This document shows positions 45,370-53,767 of a stretch of 64,000 nucleotides of DNA, piece after piece; the stretch's first letter is position 1; the number at the start of each line of letters is the position of its first letter. The position numbers and the translations under genes were made by a program. The notes under the pieces are model-generated. The model searched no databases. It was not told the origin of the DNA and saw only the letters and a program-made list of their open reading frames with translations. This stretch comes from Patescibacteria group bacterium. GTDB lineage: Bacteria > Patescibacteriota > Minisyncoccia > Phycocordibacterales > PALSA-1337. Location: assembly GCA_038065415.1 (NCBI GenBank), contig JBBTRA010000006.1, forward strand, positions 15,262 through 79,261. The letters run 5' to 3'.

Positions 45370-45969
45370 ATGATTACACTATTAATTGTCGGATTGATCG
45401 CAATGGCAGGTTTTTTCATCGCTCGCGCGTTGCGCCGGAAACATATCGAATACATCCAGCATGAGCGCGCGTGTACATGCCCAGAAAATGAGAAGAGCAC
45501 GCGTGTCTGTGGATTGCCGACGATTCGGTACTTCCAGATGATTGATCTCACTAAGCCGGGCGGAGCGACTCGACGGGGGGCGCCGTTCGACTGGCACGTC
45601 TTTGACAAATGCGGCCAAGGGCACGTGCAACAGATTAAACATGGGAGCAAATGGTTCGTCTGGTACAAGCTCTGGTGGAGACGCCTCTACGATCCAGAGC
45701 AGTTTGTGCTCAACGAGAGTCTCTTCAAGGACGCGGCCCTTATTGAAGAGACTGTTAGAGGGCTGCACGAGAGGATAGCCCTCTTCGAATCAGAGTGCAG
45801 GCTGAGGAACGAGAAATTCACAAAAGGATCGGTTGTCGTCAACGCCGTTCTGCCGCGGCCCGGCAAAGGCAGGCTACTCTCCACACGGGTGCATCTCACT
45901 GAGGCGTCTGTTGCCGCTAACCACCTACGGATACCTCCCGTCGCCGGTGTCCGCATTTCCGAAGAATGA
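45370..45969 (+). CDS. Hypothetical protein with an N-terminal TM helix
   Basis: 199-aa ORF preceded by GGAGG; locally higher GC. Confidence 0.45.
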   Translation: MITLLIVGLIAMAGFFIARALRRKHIEYIQHERACTCPENEKSTRVCGLPTIRYFQMIDLTKPGGATRRGAPFDWHVFDKCGQGHVQQIKHGSKWFVWYKLWWRRLYDPEQFVLNESLFKDAALIEETVRGLHERIALFESECRLRNEKFTKGSVVVNAVLPRPGKGRLLSTRVHLTEASVAANHLRIPPVAGVRISEE

Positions 45970-46052
45970 CCAGTGTGCTTTGGTTCGTAGCCATATCTCC
46001 CAAGATATGGCTTTTTTCTTTCCTTTATAGCGCTTTTCTGTATAATCAACGC

Positions 46053-47984
46053 ATGCCCGATAATACATCTCCGAACCAGCAGGGAAGCAATCGACCCAAC
46101 AAACAGGGTCGAAAAGGGTTGATGCCGCCGCGTATGAACTTCTTGAGCACGGTAGTTATTGCACTTCTCGCATTCCTGCTTCTCGCGGGTTTGTATTCAG
46201 AGTTTTCAGGTGACTCCACAGCGACTCCCGCAACGTCGCTCTCCACGATAGCTGCTGATGTTGAGCAGGGTTCTATTTCCAAGTTGACGATACAGGGCGA
46301 TACAATCGTTGCTGAATATATTGATAAGACGCAGAAGTCCGCACAGAAGGAGGGGGACGCTTCTCTTACCGAGACACTCTCTCGTCTCGGCGTCTCATCT
46401 GCGCAGCTTGCTTCTACTACGATTATGGTCGAGAACCCGAGCGGGTTTGGCTACTGGCTCGGTCAGTTGGCACCTTTTCTTGCACCGATACTCTTCCTCG
46501 TTTTCTTCATATGGATGCTCTCCAGACAGGTCAAGGGTGCTGGTGTGCAAGCTATGTCATTTGGTCAGTCAAAAGCACGCATCACATTACCGGATGATCA
46601 GCGTGTGAAAGTGAAGTTCAAGGATGTCGCTGGAGCCAAGGAGGCCAAGCAGGAACTTTCTGAGATCGTGGACTTCCTCAAGAATCCCAAGAAGTTCATT
46701 GAGATTGGAGCGGAGATACCAAAAGGTGTGCTTCTCATGGGAGCTCCGGGTACGGGTAAGACGCTCCTTGCGCGTGCGGTTGCGGGCGAAGCAGGTGTTG
46801 CATTCTTTGCAATCTCTGGTTCAGAATTCGTGGAGATGTTCGTCGGTGTCGGTGCTTCACGTGTGAGAGATCTCTTCAAGATGGCCAAGGAAGCTGCTCC
46901 GGCGATCGTCTTCGTCGATGAGATCGATGCAGTTGGACGTGCCCGCGGATCTGGCATGGGCGGCGGCAACGATGAAAGGGAGCAAACACTTAACCAGATT
47001 CTTGTGGAGATGGATGGCTTTGAACCGAACATGAAGGTCATCGTCATGGCTGCAACCAACAGACCTGACGTGCTCGATCCAGCACTCCTTCGTCCAGGAC
47101 GATTTGATCGCCGTGTAGTCATCGACATACCTGACCGTGGTGACCGCCAGGATATATTGAAGATTCATGCTGCAAAGAAGAAGTTAGCCGCTGACGTCAA
47201 TCTCGGCATCATTGCAGAGCGCACGCCAGGATTCTCGGGAGCAGATCTTGCATCGCTTATGAATGAAGGTGCTATCCTGGCTGCCCGCGAAGACCGCACG
47301 GAGATCGGTCAGTTCGATCTTATCCGTTCAATCGAAAAGGTTATGCTTGGTCCGGAGCGTCGCAGTCATATATTGAGCCCGCAGGAGAAGGAAATCACCG
47401 CGTATCACGAAGCTGGCCACGCTATTGTTGCCTCGGTTCTGCCTCATGCGGATCCGGTGCACAAGATATCGATCATTTCTCGTGGTCGTGCAGCGGGGTA
47501 CACACTTAAGCTGCCGCTTGAAGATCGCAAACTCCAGTCACGTAAAGAATTCCTCGATGACATCGCTGTTTCACTTGGAGGATATGTAGCTGAGCGTATG
47601 GTGTTTGGCGATTTCACAACAGGTGCATCTAATGATCTCCAGGTATCGACTGCGCTCGCGCGTAGCATGGTGACGCAGTATGGAATGTCAGAGAAGATCG
47701 GGCCAGTTGCTCTCGAGGAGCCGCGCGGGAAGGTCATGTTCGGCATGGGCGTCGAGGCGCGTGACTACTCAGAGAAAGTTGCGGCTGAGATCGATGCAGA
47801 GGTGACGCGTATCATGACCGAGGCGCGTACCCTCGCAGAAAAAGTATTGAACGAACACAAGACCGTCTTCGAGATTGTTTCCAAGAGACTGATCGAAACT
47901 GAAACTATCGAGCGTGAGGAATACGAAACGCTCATCATGGCGCAGGGGATAGTGCTCAAGAAGAAGTGGGAACCAAAAGTATAA
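46053..47984 (+). CDS. ftsH: ATP-dependent zinc metalloprotease FtsH
   Basis: Two N-terminal TM helices, AAA+ ([13 protein letters not shown]), zinc-binding HEAGHA. Confidence 0.95.
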   Translation: MPDNTSPNQQGSNRPNKQGRKGLMPPRMNFLSTVVIALLAFLLLAGLYSEFSGDSTATPATSLSTIAADVEQGSISKLTIQGDTIVAEYIDKTQKSAQKEGDASLTETLSRLGVSSAQLASTTIMVENPSGFGYWLGQLAPFLAPILFLVFFIWMLSRQVKGAGVQAMSFGQSKARITLPDDQRVKVKFKDVAGAKEAKQELSEIVDFLKNPKKFIEIGAEIPKGVLLMGAPGTGKTLLARAVAGEAGVAFFAISGSEFVEMFVGVGASRVRDLFKMAKEAAPAIVFVDEIDAVGRARGSGMGGGNDEREQTLNQILVEMDGFEPNMKVIVMAATNRPDVLDPALLRPGRFDRRVVIDIPDRGDRQDILKIHAAKKKLAADVNLGIIAERTPGFSGADLASLMNEGAILAAREDRTEIGQFDLIRSIEKVMLGPERRSHILSPQEKEITAYHEAGHAIVASVLPHADPVHKISIISRGRAAGYTLKLPLEDRKLQSRKEFLDDIAVSLGGYVAERMVFGDFTTGASNDLQVSTALARSMVTQYGMSEKIGPVALEEPRGKVMFGMGVEARDYSEKVAAEIDAEVTRIMTEARTLAEKVLNEHKTVFEIVSKRLIETETIEREEYETLIMAQGIVLKKKWEPKV

Positions 47985-48027
47985 GTAGGTTTACTGCTGC
48001 CGTTTTTTTGTTTAGTATTAACGTATC

Positions 48028-48101
48028 CCGCCCTTAGCTCAGTTGGTTAGAGCACAGAGCTTATACCTCTGGGGTCCTTGGTTCGAATCCAAGAGGGCGG
48101 A
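48028..48101 (+). tRNA. tRNA with anticodon UAU (tRNA-Ile reading AUA)
   Basis: Cloverleaf: acceptor ccgccct/agggcgg, D-arm gctc..gagc, anticodon stem cagag/ctctg with loop cTTATac (anticodon T48062-A-T48064), T-arm cttgg-ttcgaat-ccaag, discriminator A; CCA not encoded. Confidence 0.8.
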
Positions 48102-48161
48102 CAGGTTTTTGCACAGCTTCTATTGTTGACACGGTGATCTACATGGTAGAATAGAACCTAC

Positions 48162-48743
48162 ATGAAACGCGGCTTCACACTGATAGAACTCTTGGTTGTT
48201 ATATCCATCATGAGCATGCTGAGCAGTATACTTTTTGCCTCAATTGCTTCTGCGCGTATGAAGGGGAGAGACGGGCTCAGGATATCTCAGCTCCATCAGA
48301 TAGATCTTGCGGTACAACTCTATATGACATCGAACAACAGGGCTCCTGATCTTCAGGGAACTTGTCCTTCTTCTGCAACGCCAGATAATTCAACTGTTAC
48401 CAATTGTGTCGCGAATGCTACCACCAACTCGACAGCATGGGATCGATTCAAGTCGGACATCCAACCATATATGAAGACGGTTCCAAGTGATCCGTGTATA
48501 GCAAATAGCTCGTGTATAAGTGGGGCATCTGGATACACGCTTGGATATACCTATGTAGCTCCTGCTGCAGTGAAATATCAGTGCGCCGAGGATTCGGGGG
48601 GCACATGTCCACAGACCAGTACAGTGCTCAATCAGTACTATCAACTCTACGCTCCGCTTGAGAGACAAAATATGCCTACAGGGGTAAAGTCTCTCGGTTC
48701 TGCGTTCTTCACACCACCATCTCCTGGAGGATATGGCTTCTAG
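48162..48743 (+). CDS. Type IV pilin (prepilin with MKRGFTLIELLVV leader)
   Basis: Class III signal MKRG|FTLIELLVVISIMSML; C-terminal Cys pairs; shares the motifs GYTYVAP..YQLYAPLER with the three downstream pilin paralogs. Confidence 0.85.
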   Translation: MKRGFTLIELLVVISIMSMLSSILFASIASARMKGRDGLRISQLHQIDLAVQLYMTSNNRAPDLQGTCPSSATPDNSTVTNCVANATTNSTAWDRFKSDIQPYMKTVPSDPCIANSSCISGASGYTLGYTYVAPAAVKYQCAEDSGGTCPQTSTVLNQYYQLYAPLERQNMPTGVKSLGSAFFTPPSPGGYGF

Positions 48744-50205
48744 GTACATGTCCATCTTACGTGTGCCACGGGTATGGCTATATATAGGGGTTGCAACTTT
48801 TTTGGTTGCAGCTGCATTTATCTGGCTACCTTCTGTTCGTGTTGTATTGCACTCGATCGTCAATGTATTTGCAACTGGTCGAACAGGTACCAAGGCGCTG
48901 ATATTCATGGCGTATGTGATATCAGTTTCAGGTATCCTCTATGTGCGTTCTAAGAAAACAGAGTCTACGCATACGCTACGGTACTGGAAGGTGTTCACTG
49001 CTACGAGCGCTCTTGGTGCGTATGTTCTTAATTTTTTCACATATCTGTGGACGATGAAGCTCTGGCATATCCCGGTGTTCACGTATTCACTCATTTATAA
49101 CAACGGTTCATTCACATCATTTCAATTCGTACATAATCATGCAACTAAGGGAGCTATCGCTGTTCTGACACAGCTACTCCCAGAAGGGGTCTTCGGCCAT
49201 CTCGATGCAGGCACAGCTCTTCTTGGGATAATTCCGAATGCACTCTTATCGCTACAGGCGCTACTTGTTCTGGGATGCATCATCGGTATATACGGAATAT
49301 GGCATGCTGTGCTTCCAAGGATCACAGCTCTCTCTTCGAGACGAGCAGTAGTATATGTAGCGATGTTGATCCTGAGTTCGTTCATGGTACTCAAGTCTCT
49401 TCTTGATGGGGGAATCTTCAGTTTTGAAGCTGTTGTCGGTTTGTCCTTCTTCTTTTTCCTCATATCGAAAGGTTCGACTCGGGCACGGAATACACTGCTC
49501 GTGGTCAATGGTGCATATTTCATCCTTCTTGGCTTACTGTATTGGGTGGGCTACTTTGCCACAGATAGTAACTATGGATATCATAATTTCTCTTTCGTCA
49601 CTATCTTGCTTGTAATGACAGCTTTGTATGGGATATATGAATTTGGGAAGACAAGGCTCACGATGCTCGTACTCATGATGGCGGTCATACCTCTGTGCGT
49701 TCAGGTGTACAACGGCTTGACTGTATTTGAGTACAGAAATATTTCGGTAGAAAAGGATGACATCGCGTACATTTTCTCATATGAGAACCTTGATATTCCG
49801 GGGTATACGTTGCGCCATAGTATAGGGAAGATCAATCTCTATACATTCTCGCCGAGGGAGCCTATGGCTATAGCGGACATCATCCCGCATACAGGGTTTG
49901 CTGACAATATGACGCCAGTTAGTGTTGCGTGGAAGACGTGCGTACCACCTGCGCCCCGAACGAGCTACACACTCAATGTTGTTTCTCCGAATGCGATCGA
50001 TATGGATAACGAGGTTACCCAGTTGTATCGAATGGACGCGGTACCACTTGGTACATATGACGATGGTTTTCATCGATACTCGGTCACTATATCGGCGCAT
50101 CCATGTTCGGTTCCTCAGCTCATCGTATTTGTACAAGAAATCTTAGCGAAGCATTTTGGGGGATTCGCTATATACGATATACAGCAGTTCGAAAACGGCG
50201 AATAA
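48733..50205 (+). CDS. Large polytopic membrane protein translationally coupled to the pilin (candidate pilin-modifying O-oligosaccharyltransferase-like enzyme)
   Basis: 490 aa with at least 10 TM helices and a soluble ~120-aa C-terminal domain; start overlaps the pilin stop. Function inferred from position only, by analogy to tfpO/pilO downstream of pilA. Confidence 0.5.
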   Translation: MASRYMSILRVPRVWLYIGVATFLVAAAFIWLPSVRVVLHSIVNVFATGRTGTKALIFMAYVISVSGILYVRSKKTESTHTLRYWKVFTATSALGAYVLNFFTYLWTMKLWHIPVFTYSLIYNNGSFTSFQFVHNHATKGAIAVLTQLLPEGVFGHLDAGTALLGIIPNALLSLQALLVLGCIIGIYGIWHAVLPRITALSSRRAVVYVAMLILSSFMVLKSLLDGGIFSFEAVVGLSFFFFLISKGSTRARNTLLVVNGAYFILLGLLYWVGYFATDSNYGYHNFSFVTILLVMTALYGIYEFGKTRLTMLVLMMAVIPLCVQVYNGLTVFEYRNISVEKDDIAYIFSYENLDIPGYTLRHSIGKINLYTFSPREPMAIADIIPHTGFADNMTPVSVAWKTCVPPAPRTSYTLNVVSPNAIDMDNEVTQLYRMDAVPLGTYDDGFHRYSVTISAHPCSVPQLIVFVQEILAKHFGGFAIYDIQQFENGE

Positions 50206-50206
50206 C

Positions 50207-50710
50207 ATGATGATTGATATACTACAGGCGGCCATCATATTTGCGCTGCCATGTTGGGTGGCGAATATGGCATTTTCCCTCATTGTGCCCCTGAAGAGGG
50301 TAGTGCCTCTAGTGGCACAGATCGATCGACCACTTGATCACGGAGCGTCTTTGGGTGGTTCACGTATTTTTGGGGATTCCCGGAACTATGCAGGACTTAT
50401 TCTTGCGCTTGTTCTTGCATTATCGTGGGGGATTGCGGCACATGATCCACTGGTTGGAGCAAAGATTATGCTTACCTTTGTGGGGGCGGTGCTCGGCAGT
50501 TTCATCAAACGTAGGTTTAGGCTACGTTCAGGGCAGAAGATGCCCGTGCTCGATCAGCTTGATTATATGTTTGTAGTCGGAGGTATCTGGTATTTTTTTG
50601 GTTTTGAGAGTGGGGCTGTTGTCTGCATGGCGATGCTGATCACCCTTATTGGTCAACCGACTATTTCGTATGTAGCTTTTTTGCTCCGGTTGAAGGACAA
50701 GCCTTACTAG
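50207..50710 (+). CDS. CarS/DUF46-like CTP-transferase family membrane protein (CDP-archaeol synthase / polyprenol-kinase-like)
   Basis: LPCWVANMAFSL, GSRIFGDSRNYAG and GAVLGSFIKRRFRLRSGQKMPVLDQLDYMF match the CarS (DUF46) signature GDxxGSFxKRRxxxxxGxxxPxxDQLDF. Confidence 0.6.
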   Translation: MMIDILQAAIIFALPCWVANMAFSLIVPLKRVVPLVAQIDRPLDHGASLGGSRIFGDSRNYAGLILALVLALSWGIAAHDPLVGAKIMLTFVGAVLGSFIKRRFRLRSGQKMPVLDQLDYMFVVGGIWYFFGFESGAVVCMAMLITLIGQPTISYVAFLLRLKDKPY

Positions 50711-50739
50711 CACCTCCACATTCGAAAGTATCTTTAGTG

Positions 50740-50890
50740 TTATACTATTCCCATGAAACGAGGCTTCACTCTCGTAGAACTCCTGGTGGTTATATCCATC
50801 GTATCGATGCTCGCTAGTATCGTGATGGTGCAGATTAGTCTTGCGCAAGCAAAAGGCCGTGATTCACTGCGTACACAGCAAATCAGGCAA
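50740..50890 (+). repeat. Near-identical ~150-nt block (promoter plus pilin 5' end), copy 1
   Basis: Matches 51645-51795 with about 5 mismatches, starting at the TATACT -10 box and running through codon ~45. Confidence 0.85.
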
Positions 50891-51607
50891 ATAGATACGG
50901 CTATGCAATTGTATGTAGAGACATATAAGAGGGCACCCTTGGCAGATAGTTTGACGGGGTGCGATATTCAGTCAGAAAATCCGACCGAATATGAGGATGT
51001 CTCTTCCTGCTTTGCAGTATCGACAAATGGGACTGAGACTCAAGAGCAGAATTGGGATACCTTGAGAACAGAACTTCAAGAATTCATACGGTTACCAGAA
51101 GATCCGTGTGGCACATGTGTTTCGGGGTCAGATGGATTTCTTATCGGGTATACATATGTTGCTCCCTATGCGATGCAGTACTACTGCTACACAACAGGGA
51201 CATGTATAGCGACCAATGAGTCCTATCAGGTGTACGCCCCCCTTGAGCGTCAGACGATGCCGACCGGTAGTGAAGGATCATCACAAAACTACGCATCTCC
51301 AAATCAGCCTCCCGCTTCATATGCTTTGAGTACGCCCACGGGCTTAGGAGCAATTCCATGGCAACCTCCTTCTAAACTGCTTTCATGGCAACCGTCGACA
51401 GGGGCACCTGAGGGTGCGTCAATACTCTATTATGTTCGAAAGGAAGGAAACCCTCAGGAACATCTGGTCGAAGGCACAACTTCTTTTTGGGCACGAGTCG
51501 GGGATTATGGGTGGATTGCTCCATATTGTTGGACTGTGCGCGCAGAGGATCCTGAAAATGGACTTTACTCGGATCGTAGTGAACCTTCCTGTGTATCAGC
51601 GCCGTAG
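50753..51607 (+). CDS. Type IV pilin paralog
   Basis: MKRG|FTLVELLVVISIV...; conserved SSCFAVS, GYTYVAP, YQVYAPLER motifs. Confidence 0.85.
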   Translation: MKRGFTLVELLVVISIVSMLASIVMVQISLAQAKGRDSLRTQQIRQIDTAMQLYVETYKRAPLADSLTGCDIQSENPTEYEDVSSCFAVSTNGTETQEQNWDTLRTELQEFIRLPEDPCGTCVSGSDGFLIGYTYVAPYAMQYYCYTTGTCIATNESYQVYAPLERQTMPTGSEGSSQNYASPNQPPASYALSTPTGLGAIPWQPPSKLLSWQPSTGAPEGASILYYVRKEGNPQEHLVEGTTSFWARVGDYGWIAPYCWTVRAEDPENGLYSDRSEPSCVSAP

Positions 51608-51644
51608 TACCCAGGTGAGTTTGGAAAGCTAGCATGACCATATG

Positions 51645-51795
51645 CTATACTATTCCCATGAAACGAGGCTTCACTCTCGTAGAACTCCTGGTGGTTATAT
51701 CCATCGTATCGATGCTCGCTAGTATCGTGATGGTACAGGTTAGTTTGGCGCAAGCAAAAGGCCGTGATTCACTGCGTACACAGCAAATCAGGCAG
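51645..51795 (+). repeat. Near-identical ~150-nt block (promoter plus pilin 5' end), copy 2
   Basis: See copy 1. Confidence 0.85.
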
Positions 51796-52911
51796 ATAGA
51801 TCTTGCGACTCAGATGTATATAGAAGCGAATGGTCATGCTCCGTATCTAGAAGATCTCCAAAACGATGTTCCGCCGACCCTTTGTGACATTCAGTCTGAA
51901 ATTCCTGAAGAAAGCGAGGCATCGGCATGCTTTGCTGTGTCGTCTCAGGGTGTAGATACCCCAGCAGGGAGGGCGTGGGAAGCTTTCAAGAAAGATCTCG
52001 CGCCATACATGAATGTGCCCAATGATCCTTGCGGCAGTTCATGTGCCTCGGCTTCGGATTTTCCGATCGGATACACGTACGTGTCGCCACTTGCTATGCA
52101 GTACTACTGTTCCTATTCCGGCTGTATTGTGACTGACGATTCGTATCAGCTCTATGCTCCGTTGGAACGCGAGTCGAACCCGAGTGGTAATAGTGGATCT
52201 TCGAGCAACTATTCCCATAATCCAGGGAGTTCATCGGGAGGAGATGGCGGGCAAGATGATTCTGTACCTCCGAGCGTGCCAGCTAATGTAGACGTTACCT
52301 TGAATTCACTCTGGACCGGAGGGTCGATTGGTATCGAGATCACTTGGGACGCATCTACAGACGATGATTCGGGAATTGCGGGCTACAAAGTATCGCCGTT
52401 GGATGATAACTCATATAGTGGCTATGATGATGAAGGAAATCCGATACCTACGGATCCAACACCGGGAACTTCTCGAGATACGCACGGCCTGATCTGGTCG
52501 ATGGGCATGAGTTTCTGTTATAGCGTCAGAGCCTATGATACTGCAGGCAATCCATCTGGGCCGAGCGATGAGGTTTGTACCCCGAATATACCAGCATTCT
52601 TCGGGGCCCCTACGGGCGTTACCGCTATCCGTCAAGGTAATCAGGTAACGGTCAATTGGAATGCGGCTGCAAACCTAACATCTGACGCGGTCGTCAAATA
52701 CCAGGTCTATCATCCAGGCGGCTTCCTCATAACAGAGACCACCCAGTTGTCTGCTACCTATGATGCGGTGGGTTGGGGTAACTGCGTCAGGATTGCTCCG
52801 GTGGGGTATGTCAATTTTGAGGGTTCTGAATGGCTCCTGTATAACGACAATAGTGGTTTCGGACTACCTCCAATCTCAAGTGCTACCACATGTGCATCTC
52901 CAGGTATTTAA
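51658..52911 (+). CDS. Type IV pilin paralog with a C-terminal fibronectin-III-like extension
   Basis: ATG 51658 sits 6 nt after TATACT (the track start 51634 is rejected). N-terminus is identical to the previous pilin for ~45 aa. C-terminal about 180 aa contains PPSVPANVDVT...SIGIEITWDASTDDDSGIAGYKV, which is FN3-like. Confidence 0.8.
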   Translation: MKRGFTLVELLVVISIVSMLASIVMVQVSLAQAKGRDSLRTQQIRQIDLATQMYIEANGHAPYLEDLQNDVPPTLCDIQSEIPEESEASACFAVSSQGVDTPAGRAWEAFKKDLAPYMNVPNDPCGSSCASASDFPIGYTYVSPLAMQYYCSYSGCIVTDDSYQLYAPLERESNPSGNSGSSSNYSHNPGSSSGGDGGQDDSVPPSVPANVDVTLNSLWTGGSIGIEITWDASTDDDSGIAGYKVSPLDDNSYSGYDDEGNPIPTDPTPGTSRDTHGLIWSMGMSFCYSVRAYDTAGNPSGPSDEVCTPNIPAFFGAPTGVTAIRQGNQVTVNWNAAANLTSDAVVKYQVYHPGGFLITETTQLSATYDAVGWGNCVRIAPVGYVNFEGSEWLLYNDNSGFGLPPISSATTCASPGI

Positions 52912-52923
52912 TTTATAACGAAT

Positions 52924-53754
52924 ATGAACGGTATACATACTAAAGCATTCACTTTGATAGAGCTCCTGGTAGTCATCTCCATTCTCTCAATGTTGGCCAG
53001 CGTGATACTCGTCAATACCGCCTCGGTGCGCGCATCAGGCCGAGATGGTGTGCGTGTGCAGCAGATACGCCAGATAGATCTGGCAGTGAAGTTATACACT
53101 GAGGCGAATGGGCATGCTCCATTGTTGACTGGTTGTGATGTTCAGTCTCAGAATCCATCTGTGTCGCAAGCGCAGGCCTCGTCTTGTTTCGCAGTTTCAA
53201 CCGGAGGACTAGCATGGGATTCTTTTAAGAGTCAGATTGCTCCATATATGCCACAGACACCAGGCGATCCTTGTCCTACAGGGTGCACATCTCCTTCAGG
53301 TTTTCCTATCGGATATGCGTATGGAGCACCGCTCGCCATGCAATATTATTGCGGCCTGGCCGGGTATTCGTGCACCGCTAACAGGAAGTCGTATCAACTA
53401 TATACACCACTTGAGAAGAGTCCCAATCTCGTCGGCACAAAAGATGTAGGTGACTTTTTCACACCAACGATGGCTGCGCCCGTTATAACAAATTTCAATT
53501 CATTCCCGTTCTTCAATGGACCGCAACAAACCCCAGGACGTCATTTTGTCTGGCAAGTTACCAATGCGCCGAGCTGCATACTATCGGATAGTTTTGGTAC
53601 TATTCCTATAACAACAGTGCTGATTAGTGAGGCGGGGAATGGGTCACAGTCATTCATAGGAGCAAGCTTCTTTGGTCCGAACGATATAGTGACTGTTACG
53701 TGTTCGACGGCTGGAGGTACTGCTACAGCTCAATATATAGTTCCTGCGCAGTAG
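52924..53754 (+). CDS. Type IV pilin paralog (Ala at the -1 position)
   Basis: MNGIHTKA|FTLIELLVVISILSML; conserved SSCFAVS, GYAYGAP, YQLYTPLEK. Confidence 0.75.
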   Translation: MNGIHTKAFTLIELLVVISILSMLASVILVNTASVRASGRDGVRVQQIRQIDLAVKLYTEANGHAPLLTGCDVQSQNPSVSQAQASSCFAVSTGGLAWDSFKSQIAPYMPQTPGDPCPTGCTSPSGFPIGYAYGAPLAMQYYCGLAGYSCTANRKSYQLYTPLEKSPNLVGTKDVGDFFTPTMAAPVITNFNSFPFFNGPQQTPGRHFVWQVTNAPSCILSDSFGTIPITTVLISEAGNGSQSFIGASFFGPNDIVTVTCSTAGGTATAQYIVPAQ

Positions 53755-53767
53755 GTTGTGAGCATTC

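Noticed and set aside
51634-51657. Track start MTICYTIP for pilin 3
   Set aside because: The region is identical to the promoter of pilin 2; a TATACT box 6 nt upstream of ATG 51658 and the MKRGFTL prepilin leader indicate the real start is 51658.
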